Of a stretch of DNA of 64,000 bases, positions 20,474 to 29,865 are shown in pieces. A model generated the notes under the pieces. It had not been told where the DNA came from, made no database searches, and saw only the letters and a program-made list of their open reading frames with translations. A program made the translations under genes and the position numbers. The number at the start of each line of letters is the position of its first letter. Positions within the stretch are counted from its first letter, which is position 1. The stretch is from the NCBI GenBank assembly GCA_050943215.1, contig JBMNOU010000004.1:4363-68362 (forward strand), in the 5' to 3' direction. The DNA comes from Christensenellales bacterium. Its GTDB lineage: Bacteria; Bacillota; Clostridia; Christensenellales; SZUA-584.

Positions 20474-20493
20474 TGTCTATTCGGCAGGGTCCA
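20474..20493. repeat. IS right terminal inverted repeat
   Basis: TGTCTATTCGGCAGGGTCCA; its reverse complement matches the left IR at 18 of 20 positions. Confidence 0.8.
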
Positions 20494-20631
20494 TTGAAGG
20501 GGCTTTTTTTATTGCTGACAAAAAAGAGCCATCTTAAAAGAATAAAAAAATGATATTATGTTAAATAATATAAACAAATGGGTATAACTGTTATGTTAAG
20601 TATTTGTTCATTTATTTGAAAGGAAAATGTT

Positions 20632-21432
20632 ATGAAGAAAATAATTGCAATTTCAATGGTTTTAATGATGTTGTTTATAATACTGGCCGCCTGTACCCAA
20701 AGACAGGGCGATGCAGAAGAATCGTGGCCGGCGGCCGTCTCTGAAACACCTGTTAATGTTACAGAATCGCCGGCGATCGCTAACGGGCTGGGTTTTGATA
20801 ACGTGCCGACTTCTCCGTCTAAATCTTACGCAAAATATATTGATATGAAGGGAACCGCTTATGATAGGATCAACGCAAAGCTTGAAGAAAATGAAGACTT
20901 ACATCTTTCTGTCGGCATGTCACTACTCCCTATCACGTTTGTCGACCTCTCACTGATTCCTTTAACGGTGTTGTCCGAAGAGATAAAGGGGGCGCAAGCA
21001 GGCCTTGCCAAGTTCGGCATGACGGGGGTTACGATTGAGCGTAACGATCAGGATTATTCCATCACATATTCGGATCAGGACGGAAACAGAAATATTCAGA
21101 CCTGCGTATATGATCCGGCTACGGATTCCCTTCAATCCTGCATCGCCAACGATGCCGGTAAAGAGACGATGTTTTTTGAATACGTAAAAGTAGGAAATGG
21201 TTATGTATCGCAGTATTTTATGCGCAATGAAGATGGCTATTCCAAGATCACTTCCTTCTTTAACGAATCAAGCTTGGCAGCGTTTGGGGTAGAGACAACG
21301 GATACAAAACCAGACTCGATATTTAAAACCGGTAATCAAACTGTAGATTTTGTTAAAAATGACGATTTGTACTTTATCCTTAAGGATAACAGCCTTACGG
21401 TATCTGAGAACGGTCAGGAAAAAATGTATTGA
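20632..21432 (+). CDS. Lipoprotein of unknown function (paralog A)
   Basis: 266-aa ORF with a GAAAGG RBS, signal peptide and lipobox ILAAC. The mature region is ~75% identical to the next gene. No family recognised. Confidence 0.8.
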   Translation: MKKIIAISMVLMMLFIILAACTQRQGDAEESWPAAVSETPVNVTESPAIANGLGFDNVPTSPSKSYAKYIDMKGTAYDRINAKLEENEDLHLSVGMSLLPITFVDLSLIPLTVLSEEIKGAQAGLAKFGMTGVTIERNDQDYSITYSDQDGNRNIQTCVYDPATDSLQSCIANDAGKETMFFEYVKVGNGYVSQYFMRNEDGYSKITSFFNESSLAAFGVETTDTKPDSIFKTGNQTVDFVKNDDLYFILKDNSLTVSENGQEKMY

Positions 21433-21495
21433 TGCTAGAAGCATCGCTTATCAAACGGGCGGGGGAGACCTTACCCGTTTTTCTATTAGATAGCG
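20810..21495 (+). repeat. Segmental duplication, copy 1 (gene body plus terminator)
   Basis: Aligns without indels to 21990-22675 at a constant 1180-nt offset. Contains perfectly identical runs of 38, 48 and 38 nt (20845-20882, 21313-21360, 21387-21424). Confidence 0.9.
21453..21485 (+). terminator. Rho-independent terminator after lipoprotein A
   Basis: Stem AAACGGG / CCCGTTT around loop CGGGGGAGACCTTA, followed by TTTT. Confidence 0.7.
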
Positions 21496-21793
21496 GGAAA
21501 AGATGTCATACTCAGAGGACTAACATGAAAACATAATAAATTCTGCAAGGCAGACTATAACGGAACAGGATACCACGATAGAGAGTTTTTGGGCAGCATG
21601 AAAATGTAGAGGTATGGAATAATTTGCAAAGGCAATAATCCAAAATATAGTTAAGTATTGCTATAAATTTGTTGTTGTAAAACGAGATATATGTTATTAT
21701 AGCCAAGAGATGTTTACCATCAAATCAAGATATTTTTACAGTTGTTGCCCCCCTAAAGACAAATTTTAAATCTAAGAAAGGAACGAGGTTGAA

Positions 21794-22612
21794 ATGAAGA
21801 AAACTATACCTATTTTACTGGCTTTGATGATTTTATTAACGATGGCAGCTTGTACGCAGACGCCCAAAGAAGACAAAAGCAAAGGTACTGCCGAGAACGA
21901 ATGGCCGATAGCATCCGCCGAAGAATCACAATATGAGGCGGAGACAAGCGCTGCGGTAGCTTCGGTTGCTCCGGCAGATAATGTTGCAGCTTCTCCGTCC
22001 GGATCTTACACAAAGTATATGGAGATGAAGGGAACCGCTTATGATAGGATCAACGCAAAGCTCGAAGACAATGAAGACCTGTATCTGTCTGTCGGTCTAT
22101 CTCTGCTGCCCGTCGCGCTTGTGGACCTATCGCTTATTCCGCTGACCGTACTCGTTGAAGAAAACACAGGTGCCGAAATGGCTCTTGCCATGTTTGGGAT
22201 GAGCGAGGTCGCAATCGACCGAAACGGACAGGAATATACCATTACGTATACTGATCAAGAAGGAAACAAGAACGCACAGACCTGCATATATGATCCGGCT
22301 ACGGATTCTCTTCAGTCCAGTATTATCGACTCAGCCGGGAAAGAGGTGGTGTTCTTCGAATATATAAAGGTTGGAAATGGTTATGCATCGCAGTATTTTA
22401 TGCACGATGAAAGTGGCTATACCAAGATCACGTCCTTTTTTGACGAATCAAGCTCTGCTGCATTCGGGATAGAGACAACGGACAAAAAACCGGACTCGAT
22501 ATTTAAAACCGGTAATCAAACTGTAGATTTTGTTAAAAATAACGAAATGTATTTCATCCTCAAGGGTAACAGCCTTACGGTATCTGAGAACGGTCAGGAA
22601 AAAACATATTAA
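21794..22612 (+). CDS. Lipoprotein of unknown function (paralog B)
   Basis: 272-aa ORF with signal peptide and lipobox TMAAC. Collinear with paralog A, with no indels from the shared SPS(K/G)SY(A/T)KY motif to the stop. Confidence 0.8.
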   Translation: MKKTIPILLALMILLTMAACTQTPKEDKSKGTAENEWPIASAEESQYEAETSAAVASVAPADNVAASPSGSYTKYMEMKGTAYDRINAKLEDNEDLYLSVGLSLLPVALVDLSLIPLTVLVEENTGAEMALAMFGMSEVAIDRNGQEYTITYTDQEGNKNAQTCIYDPATDSLQSSIIDSAGKEVVFFEYIKVGNGYASQYFMHDESGYTKITSFFDESSSAAFGIETTDKKPDSIFKTGNQTVDFVKNNEMYFILKGNSLTVSENGQEKTY

Positions 22613-22680
22613 TATAGTTGAATATCGTTAATCAAGCGGGCGGGGGAGACCTTGCCCGTATTTTTATTGGATAAAGGGGG
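21990..22680 (+). repeat. Segmental duplication, copy 2
   Basis: See copy 1. The identical runs are at 22025-22062, 22493-22540 and 22567-22604. Confidence 0.9.
22635..22666 (+). terminator. Rho-independent terminator after lipoprotein B (duplicated copy of the 21453 terminator)
   Basis: Stem GCGGGC / GCCCGT around loop GGGGGAGACCTT, then ATTTTT. The sequence is homologous to 21453-21485. Confidence 0.65.
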
Positions 22681-22713
22681 AGAGGTTAGAGAGCCACAGA
22701 TAGAAACCGGGAT

Positions 22714-22756
22714 GAAAAACCGGGATGAACGCATGGTTTTGCGTATGGCATCCCGG
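22714..22756 (-). terminator. Rho-independent terminator after the PASTA-protein gene
   Basis: Long hairpin CCGGGATG...CATCCCGG (22720-22756) with an inner ACGCA/TGCGT pairing. On the minus strand it is followed by TTTTTC. Confidence 0.7.
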
Positions 22757-22767
22757 CTGCAAACAAA

Positions 22768-24507
22768 TTATTCGGAGGGCGCAGGTGGCGGATCGGGACT
22801 GATAGATAATGTAATCGCACTCCCGGCGGCGACCGTTGAATATGCGCGCAGCGACTGCCTGCAGATCTTGCCCGCGAAGCCTTCAACATATTCCTCGGCT
22901 TGAGTGAATGTAATGCTAAACGATGAAAAATAACTGCGAGCCTCGGCTTGTGTCTTGCCAACGAAATTAGGGACGTTAACTGTTACGTTGGCGGGTGCAA
23001 ACTTGAGCGTGATCTCAGACCCTTGCATTACTTCGGCACCCGCAGCGATGCTCTGGTACCAGATCTCGCCGGGTAGTCTGCCCAAAGCGCTCTCTTCGAC
23101 AAACACAGGTACTATGCCTATATCCTGGCACATTGCGATCGCGATCTCCCTTGTGATTGCGTTATCATAGCCGGAGCCTTCTGGTGCGACAAAATCTGGC
23201 ACGTATATCACTTTGCCCACAGATACCGTAATATTAATCGTTGTTTTGACGCCGATAACCGTGTTTGCCTTATCTTGATGGATAATAGTGCCGGATTCGT
23301 AATTGCTCTGGGTGTAGACGGGGCTAATGGCAATTCTTGCGCCCTGATCGTTTAAGTCTTTTGCCCAGCTTTCGATGGCGTCTCTTGTCTGACCGATAAA
23401 AGAAGGAAGCACGATCTTATTCCCAAGGGAATAATACAGCTCGAGTATGTCACCCTCTTCGTATACGGAGCCGGCCTTGATGCTTTGCGAGACGAAAGCG
23501 CCCGCAGAAGAGCCCGAATATTTCTCTAAGATCGTGACAGGTATATTTAGCTGTGCCGCGACGGCGCTGCCCGTCTCTTTTGAATAGCTCGAAAAGTCGG
23601 GTATCTTAATTAATGGCCCTTTTGAGACAATCAGTCTGATCTCGTCGCCTTTGCCGATCTTTTCTTCCGCTTTGACGCTTTGAGAGATGATAGAGCCTTT
23701 TGGAACATAATCGTCATACCGCTCTTCAACGCTCAGCACAATGCCGTTATCGCTCGCGAAAACATAGCACTCGGATATGGGCATCGTTTTAAAATCAGGA
23801 ACGGTAATCTCGACCACGGATTCATCCTTAGGGCCTTTGGAGATGATGATATAGACCGGGGTATCTCGCCTGACTTCGCCCAATACGGTGTTGTCGTTAA
23901 TTTCGAAGCGGATGACTTTTCCGGATGCTACCGTATCGTTATATTCGGTTGTAATGCGCACTTTGGTCATAAAATTCTCGGCGGCCCAAGATTCAATCTC
24001 GTCTTTAGTCATGGATGTAAGATCGGGAAGCGGCAGTGTAACCGAGAGGTCATGACCGAGCGATACAGTCAATTTTAGAAAATCTCCTTTGCGTAGACTA
24101 TCGCCCGGGGCTATATCCTGCAAGATTACGCAGCCCGAACTGTATACGTCATTATATTCTTCCTGTGTCTTAAGCCTTATCCCGTTCTCGTTTGCCCAGA
24201 GCTGCGCGTCGCTGAGCGCCCAGCCAGTCAGGTCGATCACTTTAATGCCCCCGCTTAAAAGCAGCACGAGCACCAGTATGATGCCTATGACGGCTATGCC
24301 ACCGGCAACGGCCGGAATCAGGAACTTCGGCTTGTTTTTTACAACAGGCAATAGTGCGGTTTCTTTTCTTTCGTGTTTTTTAAAACCGCTTTTTTGTTCA
24401 TACTTATACCCAAGATCCGCGTCTTTGACGGTGACCTTATTGGACGGAATGTCAACCTCGTCCCTGTTCTTATTGTAATTGCTTAAAAAATCGTTATTAT
24501 CACTCAT
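22768..24507 (-). CDS. Single-pass membrane protein with about seven extracellular PASTA-like repeats and no kinase or transpeptidase domain
   Basis: 579 aa: a ~65-aa cytoplasmic N-terminus, one TM (FLIPAVAGGIAVIGIILVLVLLL), then seven ~65-70-aa repeats. Each repeat opens with a (V/I)x(V/I)PdF/L-type strand (e.g. VTLPLPDLTSMTKDEIESWA, ITVPDFKTMPISEC, VNVPNFVGKTQAEARSYF). AAAAGGGG RBS; starts 14 nt after the permease stop. Confidence 0.8.
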   Translation of the reverse strand: MSDNNDFLSNYNKNRDEVDIPSNKVTVKDADLGYKYEQKSGFKKHERKETALLPVVKNKPKFLIPAVAGGIAVIGIILVLVLLLSGGIKVIDLTGWALSDAQLWANENGIRLKTQEEYNDVYSSGCVILQDIAPGDSLRKGDFLKLTVSLGHDLSVTLPLPDLTSMTKDEIESWAAENFMTKVRITTEYNDTVASGKVIRFEINDNTVLGEVRRDTPVYIIISKGPKDESVVEITVPDFKTMPISECYVFASDNGIVLSVEERYDDYVPKGSIISQSVKAEEKIGKGDEIRLIVSKGPLIKIPDFSSYSKETGSAVAAQLNIPVTILEKYSGSSAGAFVSQSIKAGSVYEEGDILELYYSLGNKIVLPSFIGQTRDAIESWAKDLNDQGARIAISPVYTQSNYESGTIIHQDKANTVIGVKTTINITVSVGKVIYVPDFVAPEGSGYDNAITREIAIAMCQDIGIVPVFVEESALGRLPGEIWYQSIAAGAEVMQGSEITLKFAPANVTVNVPNFVGKTQAEARSYFSSFSITFTQAEEYVEGFAGKICRQSLRAYSTVAAGSAITLSISPDPPPAPSE

Positions 24508-24521
24508 CCCGCTGCCCCTTT

Positions 24522-26306
24522 TTAGTTTGTGATATCTTTTTTCTTAAATACCCAGACGGAAATGAAAGTACATATTACCGATAGAGCCATCAGTAATATG
24601 ATACCATATGTCAGGCTGAGTGCAAGCCCCCGGTCAATAAGCATATCGACCGCAGAATACCTGATAAAAAAGGACGATATCTGCACGAACGGCACCGGGG
24701 TATAAGCGATCCATTCGATAAGCCGGATTGTATTTAACACGTTCATTAAAATCACACAGCCGATAAAGCAGACGATCGGCACAGAAATAGAAACGGCAAT
24801 GTTTTTGACAAGCACCGAAAGCATGAATGCCACGCAGTACCCGAATATAACGGTAACCCAGCATGCGATAAAGCGGGGTATATAATAAGCGAAGAAATTG
24901 ATCTCTCCCGAAACCGTATAGTTAGGATAGGCGTAGTCTGAAAAGCCAAAGAATATGCCGTTTGCAACTATATTAATGATGGTGCCAGCGATATAGATCC
25001 CAAGACAGATCAAAAGCGCGGCAATAAACTTGGACATCAGTATCTTGGTACGCGTTTTGGGGCGTATCATCAGCAGCCTGACCGTTCCGAGTTGGAATTC
25101 GCTTGCCATGATCCAACCGCCCAGCAGCACGGCAAACAGCGCGACGATTACCGAGTAATCAAGGAATTTAACGGTAATGTTACGTGCGCCGTCCGAGACG
25201 TATTTCATGTCCGGCTTGTCTGCGTCGAGGCATTTTTGCCCGATCAGTATTGTGTTGTTAAGTTCGTCAATTTGTGATTGCATATAAGCTGTATATCCCG
25301 CGTAGGACTTATATTCGGATAAAAGGTATTGGTTGCGGTTGAATTCTTCTTCGGTGACAATCGTTGTATACATAATCTGGTTACGGCAGTTCTCGATATC
25401 CGAAAGGGCAATATTTTGCCATACGTCGGCACCCGGAATGATGTTCTTTTCTAGCCTGTATTCGAGAATCGGGATGTTGTTTGTGTTAACCAGCTCAATC
25501 TGTCTATTGAGATCCTCGATGATCGGGCTAATGTTCTCTTCCTGTTCCGGATTATCTATAATCGCCTGTTCCTGTATTTCGATCTGATCTTTTAGGCTCT
25601 CGATATTTTCGTTCTCTTGCCTGATACGCAGCGCGATATATTTTGGGAAATTATCGTTTTCAATCACATCATATATCGACGATAAGTAATCATCGGCGCT
25701 GTCTAGCGCTACAAGCCTCTGCTCCGCGGATATATTAATGTATTTCTTATCGAACAAATCAGGATCAATATACAATCTGAATTGTGCGGCTTCCTTCAAC
25801 ACGTCCGGGCTTGTATCGTTATGTTCGTATATAAACCTGTCATGCAGAGAGTTTAAACCGTTCCATACCAGATCCATCCGGTAATCCTCATATGTTGTAA
25901 TGTACTGAGCAAAACGGGCGTAGTAGCTTATTTCCTGATCCATTATTTCAAGCGTTAAATCAAGCGCCGCAGGGTTTGTAAAAAGGCTCTTGTCCCTTTC
26001 AAAATATTCCTTCTCGTCCATAACGGAGCTTATATTCCAGTAGAACGGATTATCCGGCATCACTGTCACATCGCCCACTATAATTGGGTCCTCATTGCTG
26101 TATCCGTATCCGGGGCCGTAAAATCTATCTTCTTTGGCATAGGTGATCGGCATCGGATAATATCCGCCCTCATCAGAGTTTGGCGACACCGCGCCCACGA
26201 TTGGCGCGGCGATACTGACCAAAAGGATCAATATGCCGAATATCAGCAGGAATTTTGACCGGAATATATTCTTGATCTCAAGCATTATCTGACTTAAAAA
26301 TTTCAT
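24522..26306 (-). CDS. ABC-2 type transporter permease with a large (~350 aa) extracellular domain
   Basis: One N-terminal TM, a long extracytoplasmic region with coiled-coil-like stretches, then five C-terminal TM segments. Start set at the ATG at 26306 (MKFLSQIM) behind an AAGGA RBS. Confidence 0.75.
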   Translation of the reverse strand: MKFLSQIMLEIKNIFRSKFLLIFGILILLVSIAAPIVGAVSPNSDEGGYYPMPITYAKEDRFYGPGYGYSNEDPIIVGDVTVMPDNPFYWNISSVMDEKEYFERDKSLFTNPAALDLTLEIMDQEISYYARFAQYITTYEDYRMDLVWNGLNSLHDRFIYEHNDTSPDVLKEAAQFRLYIDPDLFDKKYINISAEQRLVALDSADDYLSSIYDVIENDNFPKYIALRIRQENENIESLKDQIEIQEQAIIDNPEQEENISPIIEDLNRQIELVNTNNIPILEYRLEKNIIPGADVWQNIALSDIENCRNQIMYTTIVTEEEFNRNQYLLSEYKSYAGYTAYMQSQIDELNNTILIGQKCLDADKPDMKYVSDGARNITVKFLDYSVIVALFAVLLGGWIMASEFQLGTVRLLMIRPKTRTKILMSKFIAALLICLGIYIAGTIINIVANGIFFGFSDYAYPNYTVSGEINFFAYYIPRFIACWVTVIFGYCVAFMLSVLVKNIAVSISVPIVCFIGCVILMNVLNTIRLIEWIAYTPVPFVQISSFFIRYSAVDMLIDRGLALSLTYGIILLMALSVICTFISVWVFKKKDITN

Positions 26307-26345
26307 CGTCGCATCCTTTCTTGCCATAAAGCACCATAGGCGTGT

Positions 26346-27344
26346 TTATTGAATCTGGCCTTTTGTGCCTGTCGTCATTGAAATAAAGTCTTGTTCAAGC
26401 GTCCTTTGCGCCTGATTGACCGCATATATATCTACGCCCATGCCGATAATATGTCTGATAATATCGGGTATCTGGTCGCGTTTCATTACGATGGTCACAC
26501 CGCCGTTTTCTTTGCTGCAGTTCGCGTTGAGCTCTTTGAAATATTCATACGTTTTATCGTTGCTGTTTGTCGCGAATGTATAACTGTATATGTCGTCATC
26601 TGTAGCTTCAACCTGGTCAATTGTCTTTTCACCGATCATTACGCCGTTGTCAATAATATATATTCTGTCACACATAAGCTCCATCTCGTATAGCAGGTGG
26701 CTTGAGATGAATACTCCCACGCCGGCGTTTTTAGAGAGGTATTTTAGCAGGTCCCTAAGCTCTTTGATGCCGATTGGGTCAAGCCCGTTAGTTGGCTCGT
26801 CCAACACGAGAAGTTGCGGCCTGTGCAGCAGAGCCTGAGCTATTCCAATGCGCTGGCGCATCCCTAAAGAGTATGTTTTGACTTTATCATCGATACGCTG
26901 AGACATTTTGACAAGTTTGACCACCTCATCGATGGTTTGGGTATGCTTGCCCTGATACATCGACGCAAAGTACTCGAGGTTTTGCCGGCCTGTCATCCGC
27001 TTGTAGAGATCGGGATTTTCAACAACGCCTCCGATATTCTGCATCGCGTTTTCAAAATCTGTCACGATATTATGCCCGCAGACAGTAATCTGGCCCTTTG
27101 TAATGGAAAATAGGCCAACGATAGTCTTGATGGTCGTTGTTTTCCCTGCGCCGTTGGGTCCTAAGAATCCGACAATTTCTCCCGAATTTACAGTCAAAGA
27201 GATGTCATCCAGTATCTTTTTCTTTTTTATGATCTTTGTCAGACCTTCAATTTTTAACAGTTCCAATGACGTGTCCTTTCCCACATATTCGTGCAGTGAT
27301 ATTTTATCTATCATTAGACGTAGGTAGAATAATATATGTTCCAT
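26346..27344 (-). CDS. ABC transporter ATP-binding protein
   Basis: Walker A GPNGAGKTTT, signature YSLGMRQR and Walker B LLVLDEPTNGLD. The true start is probably internal: a TTG at 27266 behind GGGAAAGGA would give MELLKIEGLTK. The end coordinate is the longest ORF. Confidence 0.85.
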   Translation of the reverse strand: MEHILFYLRLMIDKISLHEYVGKDTSLELLKIEGLTKIIKKKKILDDISLTVNSGEIVGFLGPNGAGKTTTIKTIVGLFSITKGQITVCGHNIVTDFENAMQNIGGVVENPDLYKRMTGRQNLEYFASMYQGKHTQTIDEVVKLVKMSQRIDDKVKTYSLGMRQRIGIAQALLHRPQLLVLDEPTNGLDPIGIKELRDLLKYLSKNAGVGVFISSHLLYEMELMCDRIYIIDNGVMIGEKTIDQVEATDDDIYSYTFATNSNDKTYEYFKELNANCSKENGGVTIVMKRDQIPDIIRHIIGMGVDIYAVNQAQRTLEQDFISMTTGTKGQIQ

Positions 27345-27405
27345 TTAAAGCATGTATATGGCAAAAATAATTATTTTTATACGGTCACTAGTCACCAAAA
27401 GAAAG

Positions 27406-28644
27406 TTATTCTTTTGTTCTGATTAGCAAAGAGAGTATCAGATTGAATACGGCGATTAGCGATGCACATATAAATACAACCTGATATCCGATAGCCGCCC
27501 ATAATAGCCCGCCGCAGACGGGTATAAACATCGATACAACATGATCAAGGCTGACTCCTGTCGAGAGGGTCGGGATCACCTCGCTAGGATCATCCGATAT
27601 CTTTTTAACGTATGTCGAGCGAGCCATTTCGACCGCGCTTAGAGAATTATCGACAATATAGCACCCGGCAGTAATGACCAACGCGACAGTGGCAGGGAAA
27701 ATATCCCCCGAAAACGCATACCCTATGCACAGCACGATTAGCAGTATCGCTTCGGCGGTCAGCACGATGCGCTCGCCAAGCCTGTCTATAGCTTTGCCTA
27801 CGATGGTGCGCGTTCCGATACTCAAGGCCGCAACAATAAAGCCGTAGATCGCGAAGGTCGGCGTATCTATGCCATATATTCTGATCAGCACCCAAGGCGC
27901 AAATGTGAGGAATATCTGCTTGCGGGCACCGTTGGCCATGCTCAGTAAATAGAAAAGCATGAATTTTTTCTTAAATACGAAACGCCTAAGCTTGGCATCC
28001 GTTTGCTGCGGTTTCATATACATCAGCAATATGCCGCCTATAAAAAAACACACGGCCGCGATCGTGAAAGCTTCAGCATATAAGATGCCAAGATACTCAA
28101 AGCCGAGCCATACGATGAGATAACCGACGATCGTTGCCGCTAGATTATATGCGTTATACCGGGCTAAACGAATACCATAATTCTGCTGATCCGAGAGGTG
28201 CATTCCCATCCCGGGCACCAGCGGCATAAAGATATGGATGCCGAGGTTCAAAACGACCATCCAGACTATCATCATTGAAAAATCAGGGGAGAATACGCCG
28301 AGCCCAAGCATGCCTATCGCGGACAGTATCATGCTGAGCGAAGCGAGCCGCGTGCTGCCCAGAAAAGACAGCCCGGCAAATATGGCGATCATCAGCACAC
28401 CGGGCAGTTCGCGGGGGATCTCTACAAAGCCTCTTGCCGTTTCGGACAGATGGTAAACGTCGTTTAAAAAGTTATTGAATATTGCGACATGTATTCCGCC
28501 GGCAATGCCTGTTATGAAACCGGCGGCCAGCAGCAGATTAAAATCTCTGTCGGACGCAAATGAACGAAAGAGATTTTGTCTTTTGACCGATAAAAAACCT
28601 TTTGATTTTATATAGACCGTGCGGCTTTGATTATCGTTCTTCAT
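27406..28644 (-). CDS. MFS transporter
   Basis: About 12 predicted TM segments in a 6+6 layout. Start set at the ATG at 28644 (MKNDNQ). Confidence 0.75.
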   Translation of the reverse strand: MKNDNQSRTVYIKSKGFLSVKRQNLFRSFASDRDFNLLLAAGFITGIAGGIHVAIFNNFLNDVYHLSETARGFVEIPRELPGVLMIAIFAGLSFLGSTRLASLSMILSAIGMLGLGVFSPDFSMMIVWMVVLNLGIHIFMPLVPGMGMHLSDQQNYGIRLARYNAYNLAATIVGYLIVWLGFEYLGILYAEAFTIAAVCFFIGGILLMYMKPQQTDAKLRRFVFKKKFMLFYLLSMANGARKQIFLTFAPWVLIRIYGIDTPTFAIYGFIVAALSIGTRTIVGKAIDRLGERIVLTAEAILLIVLCIGYAFSGDIFPATVALVITAGCYIVDNSLSAVEMARSTYVKKISDDPSEVIPTLSTGVSLDHVVSMFIPVCGGLLWAAIGYQVVFICASLIAVFNLILSLLIRTKE

Positions 28645-28922
28645 CGTGGCGCCTTTTATATAATGCATTCATACTGTTTATTTTAACATACACAGATCTG
28701 AGTGGATATGTATTTATAAATATGTTAGTGAAAATACTTCCACCCGGTTACGGCTTACAATCTAGCATTAAACAGAGCCGAAAATGCTTGTTTTTGGAAG
28801 CCGGCTGCATTAGAATATCTTTATCAGATATGCTGGCTCTATGATCAATATAAAAGTTAGGTCGTGTGGCATTTTACGGCTGGTTTCTATGGTAGCAGAA
28901 TATAAGCGAAACGGGGAAAAGG

Positions 28923-29750
28923 ATGGATAAAGACGATCTGTCAAAAATAGAAATTGATTTAGTGAAAAAACGGCGCAGGTATAGTCTTAATAAACGCAAG
29001 TTAGGCAGGGCGCTGGCTCTGTTTTGCGGATTTGCAGCGGTTGTAATAATATCTTGCTATTTACTATTTGCCAATGATCAAGTGAGATTGGCATTTTTTG
29101 CTGCGAGCCAGCCGCTGCAGGTATCGCATCAGGTTAGCCCGGAAGGGTTTGATGGTAATGCAGCGGCGCTAGACGGAAAAGTGGTTGTCATCGACGCGGG
29201 TCACGGCGGATTTGACAGCGGAGCAATTAGCGTAAGTGGCGTGCATGAGGCCGAGCTCAACTTAAATGTGGCGGAGTATCTGCAAGAGACGCTTAGCTTG
29301 GGCGGTGCCAACGTGATCATGACCCGTATCGATGTGAACGCACTGGGCGATACTAAGAAAGAGGATATGGCTGAGAGGCGGCGCATCATACTGCAGAGCG
29401 GTGCGGACATCGTGGTAAGTATTCATATGAATGCGCATATCGACCCTGAGATATCCGGCCCGGTCGTTATTTTTATGGAAAGCTCGGTGCAGGGCGAAAT
29501 ACTGGCCAAAGCCATCCAGGAAAGCCTAAACGCCGGTCTTGATACTGCGCATCCTGGCAGCATACGCTCGGATAACCTATATGTTTTGCGGAGCGGACCG
29601 CAGCCGAGCGTTCTTATCGAATGCGGGTATCTTACTAACCCGGCGGAAGAAGCTAGATTGACGAACAAGGATTATCAGCGCAAGGTAGCGAAGGCCGTGT
29701 GTGATGGTATTGACGGCTACTTTGCCGCAATAAATGCGGGTGAAGCATAA
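28923..29750 (+). CDS. N-acetylmuramoyl-L-alanine amidase (Amidase_3, CwlD-like)
   Basis: N-terminal TM anchor and an Amidase_3 core (VVVIDAGHGGFDSGA, SIHMNA, ECGYLTNPAEE). Size and anchor resemble germination-specific CwlD. Confidence 0.8.
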   Translation: MDKDDLSKIEIDLVKKRRRYSLNKRKLGRALALFCGFAAVVIISCYLLFANDQVRLAFFAASQPLQVSHQVSPEGFDGNAAALDGKVVVIDAGHGGFDSGAISVSGVHEAELNLNVAEYLQETLSLGGANVIMTRIDVNALGDTKKEDMAERRRIILQSGADIVVSIHMNAHIDPEISGPVVIFMESSVQGEILAKAIQESLNAGLDTAHPGSIRSDNLYVLRSGPQPSVLIECGYLTNPAEEARLTNKDYQRKVAKAVCDGIDGYFAAINAGEA

Positions 29751-29791
29751 GCAGAGTATCTATCCGAGAGCAACCTTTTAAGATAACGCTA

Positions 29792-29820
29792 TTGACTTCA
29801 TCCGTATGATGGATTACTAT
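29792..29820 (+). promoter_or_regulatory. Sigma-A-like promoter of the first GntR gene, with an inverted repeat in the spacer (candidate autoregulatory operator)
   Basis: TTGACT (29792-29797), 17-nt spacer, TACTAT (29815-29820). The spacer contains the inverted repeat ATCC-N7-GGAT (29800-29814). Confidence 0.45.
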
Positions 29821-29865
29821 ATACTAATAAATTATAATTTATAATTTTTTGCTAAGGAATGAATT

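Larger units (their letters stand above)
19477..20493 (+). mobile_element. Decayed, internally deleted IS3-family (IS150-like) insertion sequence
   Basis: Terminal inverted repeats match 18/20: TGAACCCTGCCGAATGGACA (19477-19496) against the reverse complement of 20474-20493, with TG...CA ends. The interior holds transposase fragments in several frames. At ~1.0 kb it is shorter than an intact IS3-family element. Confidence 0.8.

Noticed and set aside
22652-22961. Two ORFs (83 aa plus strand, 91 aa minus strand) at the 3' end of the PASTA-protein gene and its terminator
   Set aside because: They overlap the well-supported PASTA gene and the terminator hairpin. Composition is Arg/Pro-rich and frame-shifted relative to the real gene.
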